From: Octopus bimaculoides
Lineage: Eukaryota
Assembly (NCBI RefSeq): GCF_001194135.2
Contig: NC_069004.1
Coordinates: 14,638,230-14,681,260, forward strand
Reading direction: 5' to 3'
DNA length: 43,031 nt
The translations under genes were made by a program, and so were the position numbers. Shown one piece after another: positions 23,510 to 34,527 of this stretch (positions are counted from its first letter, which is position 1; each line of letters starts with the position of its first letter). The notes below the pieces were generated by a model, which worked only from the letters and a program-made list of their open reading frames with translations, made no database searches and had not been told where the DNA came from.

Positions 23510-24199
23510 TAACCTGTCCAAATCATACTTGCATCGAAAATGGATATGAAAGCTTTAGTAGAAGACACTTGCTCAAGGTGCCGCACAGTGGGATTGAACC
23601 TGGAACCCTGTGGTTGGGAAGCAAGCTTCTTACCACACAGCCACGCCTGTGCCTGATAGTGTGACATCTGTACATCACTGAATTTAAGTGGCAAAAGCTT
23701 GGACTACACTTTTGTCACTCTCTCAGTTGCCACTGTTGGTTCCAGTCACAAGCTTTGCAAAATGACTGGTATTATTTTGAGTGCAAGTTTTATGATGTCA
23801 GAGTACCTTCCTCCTAGAAGAGCTGCCTTCCCCATGGCTTTGTCTAAAAAAAAAAATCTTAATTAACCACGAGCCTCTTCTGTAATCATTGGTTATGGCT
23901 AATCAGAAAGTAACCATTGGTTTCATGCCTGAAATTGCTCTTAGCTGTATAGGCAAATCATTAGACTTGCTGGCTGAAAGATCATAACTTCTTTACTAAT
24001 GGAGGTAAGAATAGTCTTAATCAGTATGGTGGTGAAAAAAAAAAGCGCTTCTGGGAGAGATTGAAATATTTCCCTTTGAATGGTAAAAGTTGGGTATAAA
24101 AGGTTCAGTTTATGTATGTTTTCTGTTCAACAAGTCAGAGAAGTTCATGTTTCCAACACAAATTTATCATTATGAGGGCACTGACTAAACACCTAACTT

Positions 24200-24570
24200 T
24201 TTGAGCGAGGGAGTTCCTTTCGAGCGTTGGACCTCATGGAGGCAAAGTGGCCGAATTCCTTTCAAGTGTTGGGCCTCACAGAAGCAATGACCAAGACCTT
24301 TGGCATTATGTCATGCTTGAGAAGAAGACCTATCAAGCCAAGGAAAATCACAGTTGTGGCAGATACTGGTGTCATGCAAATGGCACCCATGCCAGTGGCA
24401 CATAAAAGCACCTATTGCACTCTTGGAGTGGTTGGTGTTAGGAAGGGCATCCAGCCATAAAAAACCATGCCAAATCAGACTGGATCCTGGCATGCCTTCC
24501 AGCGTGCCAGCCCAGTCAAACTGTCCAACCCAGGCCAGCATGGACAACGGACATTAAATGATGATAATGA
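24200..24570 (+). mobile_element. SINE-D-like element with extended 5' part
   Basis: GGCACATAAAAGCACC...GGAAGGGCATCCAGCC...CCAACCCAGGCCAGCATGGACAACGGACATTAAATGATGAT. Confidence 0.75.
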
Positions 24571-24649
24571 AGGCCCCCCCCTGGATCAAACAAGCATTTT
24601 GGGATTCTTGCCCTCTCGGCCAAGCAAAGTGTGCATCATCTGCTGATGT

Positions 24650-24810
24650 ATATATACATAACAGGCTCCTGTCAACCAAATCCACTCACAAGGCTTTTAA
24701 TCTGCTTGAGGCTATAGAAGACGCATGCCCAAGGTGCCACACAACAGGACTGAACTTGATACCATGTGGTTGGGAAGCAAGCTTCTTACCACACAGCCAT
24801 GCTTGCACCT
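24650..24810 (-). mobile_element. SINE-A 5' half (another head fragment at 23540-23650)
   Basis: CCAAATCCACTCACAAGGC...GGTTGGGAAGCAAGCTTCTTACCACACAGCCATGC. Confidence 0.8.
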
Positions 24811-25315
24811 TTTTATAATTTCTATTAAATATTCTGGTTTTCCAGGTGAAAAAAAAAAAAAATGCTGAAACAGACAGATTAAGTATTTTTACGAGAAATA
24901 TTTAAATTTACACTTAATGATAATCAAATATTTTCAATTTTATTATTTATTTATTTTATTTAATTTTGTTCAAAACAAAAATCTTATTTTTCAGCTTTGT
25001 TAAACAATGTCTGCAAAGTTTTCTCTGCTTTTGTGCTTAAACTTTATGAATGTTTGAAGGACATTTTCTCTTTCTGTTTTTTTTTTTCCTTTTCTTTTCT
25101 TTTGGTTTGTTTTCAACTAGCGTCTAGTTGAAATTATGTATTCAGACAGACTTACACAAACATATACAATTTAACATCTTTGCATACATACATATGCACA
25201 CACACACACAGACGCATGCATAAATATATATCATATTTTAATATATATATATATGTACTGTACATACATAAACATACATACACACACATGTATAAATAAT
25301 AAAAATAATAATAAT

Positions 25316-25738
25316 GATTTCAAATTTTGGCACAAAGCCAGCAATTTTTTTGGGGGGTGGTGGATAAGTTGATTACATCAACCCCAGTGATCAACTGGTA
25401 CTTATTCTATTGACCCTGAAATGATGAAAGGTAAAGTCAACCTCGGCGGAATTTGAACTCAGAAATGTAGTGACAGACAGAATACTGCCAAGTAATTCAC
25501 CCAGCATGCTAATGATTCTTATTTCTTTATTGCCCCCAAAGGGCTAAACATAGAGGGGACAAACAAGGACAGACAAACAGATTAAGTTGATTACATCAAC
25601 CCCAGTACGTAACTGGTATTTAATTTATCGACCCCGAAAGGATGAAAGGCAAAGTCGACCTTACTCACAACGTAACAGCAGATGAAATACTGCTAAGCAT
25701 TTTGCCTGGCGTGCTAACGTTTCTGCCAGCTCGTCGCC
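25316..25738 (-). mobile_element. Nested SINE-B pair: full tail-a copy (25516-25738) in the head of a tail-b copy
   Basis: Junction GCTAATGATTC|TTATTTCTTTATTG at about 25518. Confidence 0.85.
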
Positions 25739-26595
25739 ATTCTAATGACTAGGGGCCGAGACCTTTGGAAATATGTTGTGCTTGAGAAGACCCGGCAAGC
25801 CAAGTGAGACCATAACTCGTGGCCTATGCTAGTGGTGTAACCAGCCCACTTATGCGTACCTTTCCTTCATTGGACACTAAACTCTACANNNNNNNNNNNN
25901 NNNNNNNNNNNNNNNNNNNNNNNNNNNNNNNNNNNNNNNNNNNNNNNNNNNNNNNNNNNNNNNNNNNNNNNNNNNNNNNNNNNNNNNNNNNNNNNNNNNN
26001 NNNNNNNNNNNNNNNNNNNNNNNNNNNNNNNNNNNNNNNNNNNNNNNNNNNNNNNNNNNNNNNNNNNNNNNNNNNNNNNNNNNNNNNNNNNNNNNNNNNN
26101 NNNNNNNNNNNNNNNNNNNNNNNNNNNNNNNNNNNNNNNNNNNNNNNNNNNNNNNNNNNNNNNNNNNNNNNNNNNNNNNNNNNNNNNNNNNNNNNNNNNN
26201 NNNNNNNNNNNNNNNNNNNNNNNNNNNNNNNNNNNNNNNNNNNNNNNNNNNNNNNNNNNNNNNNNNNNNNNNNNNNNNNNNNNNNNNNNNNNNNNNNNNN
26301 NNNNNNNNNNNNNNNNNNNNNNNNNNNNNNNNNNNNNNNNNTTGCTTCTATCTAAAAGTCAAAGGCAATGACCACTATTCCCTTCAAACTTCGCTTTTGT
26401 GACTTGGACATCAATGTCTTGAAACTGACTTATTTTTCCATTACATGTCAGACAGATTGAGTGTTGAGTTGCAGAAGCAGAAATATCGTTGTAGCAAATA
26501 TTCTCAATACCACAGATATGCTTGTCAGTTGCTTGACCTTAACCACTTGAGCATGTCTCTTAATAGCTGGCAATATGTGCATCTTTGATCATATG

Positions 26596-27120
26596 CAGGA
26601 GTAATGGAGGAGAATCATAGCCATGGGTTGAGAGGGATTATTTAGGGTTTGAATAAATATAACAAAAGCAAAGTTTGAAGGAAATATTAACCATTTTTCA
26701 TACTTTTAGGGTAAGCAAATAAGAAATAACAGTTGCTACCCAAAGACATAACTTGTGTTGCATAGTGAACAGTAGTGGTGGTGGGGAGCACTAAAGCCAT
26801 GTGTTGAGAGGTATTCTTTAGGGTTTGAATAAATATAACAAAAGCAAAGTTTGAAGGAAATATTAACCATTTTTCATACTTTCTTGGGGTAAACAAACAG
26901 GAAATAAGAGTTGCTACCCAAGGATAAAAATTGTATTACATACCAAACAGGAGTAGTGGGCGAGTATCATAGCCATGTGTTGAGAGGGATTATTTAGGGT
27001 TTGAATAAATATAACAAAAGCAAAGTTTGAAGGAAATATTAACCATTTTTCATACTTTCTAGGGGTAAGCACATAGGAAATAACAGTTGCTACCTAAGGA
27101 CAAAAATCATGTTACATAGC
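26596..27120. repeat. Tandem repeat, 176-bp unit, three copies
   Basis: The anchor TTTAGGGTTTGAATAAATATAAC starts at 26641, 26817 and 26993 (period 176). Confidence 0.92.
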
Positions 27121-27412
27121 GTTATCATCATCATTATCATCGTCATCATCATTATCTTCCTCATTATCATCATAACTGTTGTCATTATCATCACGACCAT
27201 ACTTTCCATGCTGGCGTAGTTTGGATAAGATATAGCAAGGCAGCATTCTCTTTTACCTAGATTCCACTGCTCATCAGTTGTTTGAAAATGAGACGAAGCC
27301 ATTGAGCTATAGGACATCATCATTTACGAGAAACTCAAACAGATAGTGCCAATATAAGGATATATAGAAGCAAACATTCACACATAAACACACACTAATA
27401 TCTACACACACT

Positions 27413-27451
<39 letters not shown>

Positions 27452-28148
27452 NNNNNNNNNNNNNNNNNNNNNNNNNNNNNNNNNNNNNNNNNNNNNNNNN
27501 NNNNNNNNNNNNNNNNNNNNNNNNNNNNNNNNNNNNNNNNNNNNNNNNNNNNNNNNNNNNNNNNNNNNNNNNNNNNNNNNNNNNNNNNNNNNNNNNNNNN
27601 NNNNNNNNNNNNNNNNNNNNNNNNNNNNNNNNNNNNNNNNNNNNNNNNNNNNNNNNNNNNNNNNNNNNNNNNNNNNNNNNNNNNNNNNNNNNNNNNNNNN
27701 NNNNNNNNNNNNNNNNNNNNNNNNNNNNNNNNNNNNNNNNNNNNNNNNNNNNNNNNNNNNNNNNNNNNNNNNNNNNNNNNNNNNNNNNNNNNNNNNNNNN
27801 NNNNNNNNNNNNNNNNNNNNNNNNNNNNNNNNNNNNNNNNNNNNNNNNNNNNNNNNNNNNNNNNNNNNNNNNNNNNNNNNNNNNNNNNNNNNNNNNNNNN
27901 NNNNNNNNNNNNNNNNNNNNNNNNNNNNNNNNNNNNNNNNNNNNNNNNNNNNNNNNNNNNNNNNNNNNNNNNNNNNNNNNNNNNNNNNNNNNNNNNTAAT
28001 AATAAGGCAGAATGCTAAACTGAAAGCATATTTTAATATAGATGTGTATAAGGGGGATTAAAAAGGATTTCTAACCGGCTTTCATAGCATGCCAAATTTT
28101 CAAGAAGAGGGAGAATGAAAATGTTTTTACAAAAAAATAAAAAATTAT

Positions 28149-28655
28149 ATATTAAAAAATAAATATACCAATACATTATATTGTCTTTGAGCTGTTAAAG
28201 TTCATTGGTAATCCATGTAGATAATTGTTCGATAGATTAGGATGCATGGAATTAAAAATCATGTTGTGTTTAAAAAAGGCTGAGAGTTTGTGTTAAGCAG
28301 GAAGTATTGTGTCAAAACAGGAAGTGTATGCAAGGGAAGACAATTCTGTGGGTTTTATACTCTTAAGCAGGAAGTATTGTGTCAAAACAGGAAGTGTATG
28401 TAAGGGAAGACAATTCTGTGGGTTTTATACTCTTTAAAGAGTATAAAACCCACAGAATTGTCTTCCCTTGCATACACTTCCTGTTTTGACACAATACTTC
28501 CTGCTTAACACTTAGATTTTCAGCCCCCTTTTTTTTAAACACAACACAACTCTTTATTCCATGTGTCCTAATCTTTCTAACAATTATCTACATGGATTGA
28601 ACTTTAAAAGCTCAAAGACAATATAATGTATTGGTATATTTATTTTTTTTAATAT
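28149..28655. mobile_element. Foldback element / MITE with spacerless central palindrome and a 70-bp duplication in the left arm
   Basis: 28149-28435 is the reverse complement of 28436-28655 apart from the extra 70-bp unit (28293-28362 duplicated as 28363-28432); centre TTT|AAA at 28435/28436. Confidence 0.85.
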
Positions 28656-28659
28656 TATT

Positions 28660-29106
28660 TCTCCACATGCGGTTAACACAACCCCACCATTTACTGACTT
28701 ATATATATTTGGAGTTGGTGTGGTAACTGTATACAGAATTATTCATGAAAATCTGAACTTGTGCAAAGTTTGTACAAAGTTTGCTCCTAGGGTGTTCAGA
28801 GATGAGCATCCTGGTAAGCAGCTACTTGATAGAGATGGGCATCAAGACCATCCCTCACCCTCCCTACTTTCCAGACCTTGCTGCTTGTGACGTCTGGTTG
28901 TTCCCCAAACTGAAGATGATGGATGCTGAAACAAGGCTCTCGGACATCTTCATTCTGTAAAACCTCCATGGGGCCTTTAGAAAATGACTGGAGCTCTACA
29001 AGTGCATTAAAATCAGACAATCCTACTTCAAAGGAGATTAAAGCTTTGTACTTTGAAATTAATCATCATTCCTAAAAAAAGTCACAAAACTTCTGGAATG
29101 CACCTT
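28660..29106 (+). mobile_element. Mariner (DD34D-type) deletion derivative
   Basis: IHENLNLCKVCTKFAPRV (WVPHEL-like) joined to GIKTIPHPPYFPDLAACDVWLFPKLK (YSPDLAP motif)...KCIKIRQSYFKGD*; TIR-like end AAACTTCTGGAATGCACCT followed by TA. Confidence 0.85.
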
Positions 29107-29117
29107 ATATATATATG

Positions 29118-29161
<44 letters not shown>

Positions 29162-29512
29162 TGTGTGTGTATGTGGGAATGTTTGTGTTTCCTAGTCTTG
29201 ACATCATGTAAGTGATGTCAATGAATGTCATTTGTTTGCTATATGCTGTAAAAACATGCTTGGCCATGCTTGAAAGCATGTAAAGGTTAGCAACAAGAAA
29301 GGCATGCGGCCATAACCAATCTTCATTAATTAACTCCATCTGACCCATGCAAGCATGGAAAAGTGGACAAGAACGATGAGGATTATGATAATAGTATGGC
29401 TTGGGAACAGGAACAGCATTCAGCAATAAAAATGTATTGAGACAAATTGTATCTAGCTCATGCAAGCTTGGTAAACTGGATGTCAGTAGGGTATATAACA
29501 TGTGTATATATG

Positions 29513-29548
<36 letters not shown>

Positions 29549-29633
29549 AATATAGGGATGGTATTATTAAAATACCATCACGAGTGGCAAGTGAATTATC
29601 AGCCATACAGGCAAATTAATAAAATATAGACAG

Positions 29634-29990
29634 ACAATATTAGATATGTACATATATACACAAGGGCACTACATGAGTACCTACATCGCTAAAAATAGAA
29701 GTCAAAAATACTTCTGTATCACCGAATAGTCACAAATCTATTACAGATATGATAGGAAAAGATATCAGAAACAATAATAACATCTTAGCTCTACTGGGTC
29801 AGAACAAGCATTTACTTGTTCTGACCCAGTAGAGGTAAGACGTTATTATTGTTTCTGATATTTTTTTCCTATCATGTCTGTAATAGATTTGTGACTATTT
29901 AGTGGTTCAGAAGTATTTTTGACTTCTATTTTTAGCGATGTAGGTGCTCATGTAGTGCCCTTGTGTATATATGTACATATCTAATATTGT
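29634..29990. mobile_element. Foldback (hairpin) MITE-like element with arms of about 175 bp
   Basis: 29634-29808 is the reverse complement of 29815-29990 with about 9 substitutions and 1 indel by eye; loop CATTTA. Confidence 0.88.
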
Positions 29991-29997
29991 ATGTATG

Positions 29998-30036
<39 letters not shown>

Positions 30037-30039
30037 CAC

Positions 30040-30313
30040 CATTTTGAGCGTGGCCGTTGCTAGTACCGCCTGACTGGCTCCCGTAGGATTTTCGAGCGAG
30101 ATCGTTGCCAGTGCCCCTGGACTGGCTTGTGCGGGTGGCACATAAAAGACACCATTTCGAGGTTGGCATTAGGAAGGGCATCCAGCGGTAGAAACTCTGC
30201 CAAATTTAGATTAGAGCCTGGTGTTGCCATCCGGTTTCCCCAGTCCTCAGTCAAGTCGTCCAACCCATTCTAGCATGGAAAGCGGACGTTAAACGATGAT
30301 GATGATGATGATG
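30040..30313 (+). mobile_element. SINE-D
   Basis: Close match to 38245-38508; ends AGCATGGAAAGCGGACGTTAAACGAT(GAT)n. Confidence 0.88.
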
Positions 30314-30318
30314 ATATA

Positions 30319-30471
30319 GGTGCAAGCATGGCTATGTGGTAAGAAGCTTGCTTCCCAACCACATGGTTCTGGTTTCAGTCCCACTGTGTGCCACCTTGGG
30401 CAGTGTCTTGTACTATAGCCTCGGGCTGACCAAATCCTTGTGAGTGGATTTGGAGACTGAAAGAAACCTGT

Positions 30472-30514
<43 letters not shown>

Positions 30515-30720
30515 ATGTCTGTGTTTGTTCCCCCACCATCACTTGACATCTGATGTTGGTGTGTTTACGTCCACATAACTAAGCAGTTTGACAAAAGAGA
30601 CCCATAGAATAAGTACTAGGCTTACAAAGGGTAAGTCCTGGAGTTGATTTGTTTGACTAAAGTTAGTGCTCCAGCTTGGCCACAGTCAAGTGACTGAAAC
30701 AAGGAAAAAAGTAAAAAAGT
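30319..30720 (+). mobile_element. SINE-A, full length, with internal (TA)n
   Basis: tRNA-like head GGTGCAAGCATGGCTATGTGGTAAG...GGTTTCAGTCCC, core, (TA)n at about 30474-30510, tail GACTGAAACAAGG. Confidence 0.9.
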
Positions 30721-30867
30721 ATATACATATATATATATATAACAAATTAAAAAAAGGGGCATTTTTAGCAATTATGTCTGCGTTTGTGGCTTTGAGTTAG
30801 TTTTAACTCTTATCTTTAGCAAAAGTGGTGCTGGTCTGTACCATCTATCACTTTTGTGACCTGTGTG

Positions 30868-30914
<47 letters not shown>

Positions 30915-31169
30915 GCACACATAAATACATACTTGCACATTGTGTATATATTTGTATGTGTGTGTNNNNNNNNNNNNNNNNNNNNNNNNNNNNNNNNNNN
31001 NNNNNNNNNNNNNNNNNNNNNNNNNNNNNNNNNNNNNNNNNNNNNNNNNNNNNNNNNNNNNNNNNNNNNNNNNNNNNNNNNNNNNNNNNNNNNNNNNNNN
31101 NNNNNNNNNNNNNNNNNNNNNTGTGTGTGTATGTATATACGTGTATGTATGTATGTGTATATGTGCAGG

Positions 31170-31498
31170 CACATGGCTCAGTGGTGAGAGTATCAGACAC
31201 ACAATCATGAGATGGTTCGATTCCCAGACCGGGCCATGTGTTGTGTTCTTGAGCAAGACACTTTATTATACGTTGCTCCAGTTCACTGAGCTGTAGAAAT
31301 GAGTTGCGATGTCACTGCTGCCAAGCTGTACCAGTTTTTGTCTTGGATAATAACATCAGTGGTATGGCGAGGAGAGGCTGGTGTGCATGGGTGACAGCTG
31401 GTCTTCCATAAACAATCTTGCCAGGGCTTGTGTTTTGGAAGGGAACTTTCTAGGTGCAATCCCATGATCAATCATGACCGAAGGGGCTCTTTACCTTT
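31170..31498 (+). mobile_element. SINE-C subtype
   Basis: TGGCTCAGTGG (A box), GGTTCGATTCCC (B box), core TTGAGCAAGACACTTTAT...CCAGTTCACT; homologous to 33505-33835. Confidence 0.88.
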
Positions 31499-31545
31499 GT
31501 ATGTACATATATATGTATGCATGTATATGTGCATGATTCTGTATA

Positions 31546-31576
<31 letters not shown>

Positions 31577-31611
31577 GCACATACATATGTGAGTATATAT
31601 GTACATATATG

Positions 31612-31680
<69 letters not shown>

Positions 31681-32551
31681 ACACACACACACACATGCAC
31701 GCACATATACACATAACTTTTTAATATTCTTTCCTTCCTTCATTTTTCCTTTCCTTTCTCTCGTCTTTGTTTTAAATTCTTCATCTCCTCCTCTTCCTTT
31801 TCCCCAACTACCTGTTACCATTCCTTTATGCTCTCTTTTCTCCCTCCCTTTTTGTATCAACATCTCTCTCTCTCTACCCCTCTCTCTCTCTCTACCCCTC
31901 TCTCTCTGCCATCTCTTTTTCACTTCCACTACACTTATACCTATACAGAATGATTTTGCATTATTTTTCATAACCAGACCTAATGTCTACCTTTCATTTT
32001 GTAGAAAACTTAATAATTTCTTTGTTTTTCTTCCCCATTCTTTCATTTTTTTTCTCTCGCTCTCTTCAGCTCAGTGATTATATTTCCTTAACGAAAATGA
32101 AGTAGTTTGCAACTCAATTACATCTTTTATTCTTTTGCATTTTGCTAGTTTTGTGCTTTCGTATGTTGTTTGGCGGGGTTTTGGTTGGTTGTTTGTTTTT
32201 TTTGTTTTTTTTTTTATATATCTTCCTTGGAAACAAATTTACCCAGAAAATATAACTGTTATTTATTTAGTAAGAAAGAACCAAAAAAAAAAAAAGAACA
32301 GAAGACAAAAGAAACAAACAAATAGAAACTTAGAAATCCTTACCAGAAACTGCCCAAAAAGTAGATATATGTAAAAGAAACAATATTCAAACTGACAAAT
32401 GACAAACAAAAGGCCCCCCCAAATAAATCAATAAGTGTTAAAATGTAAGCTACATACACACACATATGCACACACATACACACATACATACACATGCACA
32501 CACATATACATATATGTGTATATGTATGTATATATATATATGTGTGTGTGT

Positions 32552-32625
<74 letters not shown>

Positions 32626-33504
32626 GTATATGTATATGTAAATTACAAATGTATTCTATAAAATATTTTCTCTTTTTGTTTTTGTCTTTTTTTTTTTAAT
32701 GATTATAAAATTATGGTACTTCTTGTTCTCTGCTGGCAAAATTGGATTTGTAAGGGTTTTATGTTTTTTTTTTTTTGTTTTGTTACATTTTATTTGATTA
32801 TTGATTATCAATTGGTTGAAGGAAAAAACTATTATAATTATTGTTGTTATTACTATAATTATTATTGTTGCGATTATTATTGTTATTGTTGTTATTGTGG
32901 TTATTGTAGTTTTTTCTTTTCTTTTCTTTTAGTGTCCCTCATTATATTTTAAATTAACTTCTCGAAATTAGCCAGCACAAAACATAACAATCTGAACCAG
33001 TTGGGAGCTGAAATGCTTAAAAACAATAAATGAATAAATTTTGTTAAATAAACAAAACAAAAAAAAAAAATGGAAAACATATGTAACACAAAGAAAAACA
33101 ATCCCAAAATCAACAAAACAACGACAGGATGATTGAAGAGTTTTGTTTTTGTTTGTTTGTTTTTGCTGTTTGTTTGTTGTATTTTTTTTCTTGTGAAATA
33201 CTTAGAGAAACAAAAAAATTATTATCTTCGCTGTTTATGTAGTAATCTACTTAAAATGCCAATCTAACAAGGAGATATCTTATGAAGTAGCAAATTATTA
33301 TTATTATGAGTATCATAGTAATGATTTCTTTTATTTGCCACAAGGGCTTAACACACTGGGAACAGTTACAAGAATGAAATACAAACACACAAAAGTCATG
33401 TTACATAGAGTGAAAATCGGTCAACAAAAAATACAGATATCATCATCATTTTCTTTTTCATCATCATCATCGTTGGTTGATTGTACACTTTTACATGCTT
33501 ATAC

Positions 33505-33835
33505 AGGTGCATGGCTCAGTGGTTAGTGCGTCGAGCTTACGATCGTGAGGTTGTGAGTTTGATTCCCGGACTAGGCTGCATGTTGTGTTCTTGAGCAAGA
33601 CACTTTATTTCACATTGCTCCAGTTCACTCAGCTGTAGAAATGAGTTCCGACATCACTGGTGCCAAGCTGTATCGGCCTTCGCCTTTCCCTTAAATAACA
33701 TCAGTTGTATGGAGAGGGGCAGCTGGTATGCTTGGGCGATTGCTGGCCTTCCACAAACAACCTTGCCCGGACTTGTGTCTCCGAGGGTAACTTTCTAGGT
33801 GCAATCCCATGGTCATTCATGACCGAAGGGAGTCT
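33505..33835 (+). mobile_element. SINE-C subtype
   Basis: Same organisation as 31170-31498. Confidence 0.88.
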
Positions 33836-34220
33836 CGTCATGCTCATCACAGGTCAGACAGAATTTACTGAGGCAGATTTTCTACAGCTGGATGCCCTTC
33901 CTGTCACTAACCCTCACCTGTCTCTTAGCAGTGTTATAAGGTCACATATATTTCACCAATGGATGCTATGTTGTCACAGAATATCCAAAATGAACAACAC
34001 TGCTTGTCTGACAGTAGCACTCGTTTACAACTATCGTGCAATGTCAAAGCGAGGGGACACAAATGTACACCCCCCCACACACACACACACATGCACACAC
34101 AGACATGCACACACTCACATGCACACACAGACGTGCACACACTCACATGCACACAATAGTCTTCTTTCAGTTTTTCATCAAGAAAAAGTTCCCCATATGT
34201 GTAGAAAAGACCATCTGGAG

Positions 34221-34474
34221 CAGTGGTTCACAGCCATTTTTTACCTATCAGACTCTGATTTCTATTTTACTCATGTGGACACCCTTAACCATTCAATGTT
34301 TAAAAAATGCTATCATATGTTTATCATGAAACATTATTAAGAATTGTATTTTAATAATTGTTGAAATATTTTGTGTATTGTAGAAGTGTGACCAATTTAT
34401 TGCACATAAATTTTTAATAGCAAAATCTCATGTGGACCCCTGAAGGTCATATGAACCCTGGTTGAGAACAATTT
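34221..34474. mobile_element. hAT (Charlie-like) MITE
   Basis: TIRs CAGTGGTTCACAGCC / GGTTGAGAACAATTT; TSD ATCTGGAG / CTCTAGAG fits the NTCTAGAN preference; homologous to 1262-1514 in reverse orientation. Confidence 0.78.
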
Positions 34475-34527
34475 CTCTAGAGTAATCCATGAGAAAGTCC
34501 TACACAAAGGACTGGATTATTCAACCA

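Noticed and set aside
23945-24010. Strong plus-strand donor GAG|GTAAGA at 24004
   Set aside because: The good upstream acceptors give stops in all frames; only a poor acceptor gives an open 24-nt exon.
26596-27120. CRISPR-like or telomeric (TTTAGGG) interpretation of the 176-bp array
   Set aside because: Eukaryotic context, the inter-core sequences are homologous rather than unique spacers, and TTTAGGG occurs only singly, not in tandem arrays.
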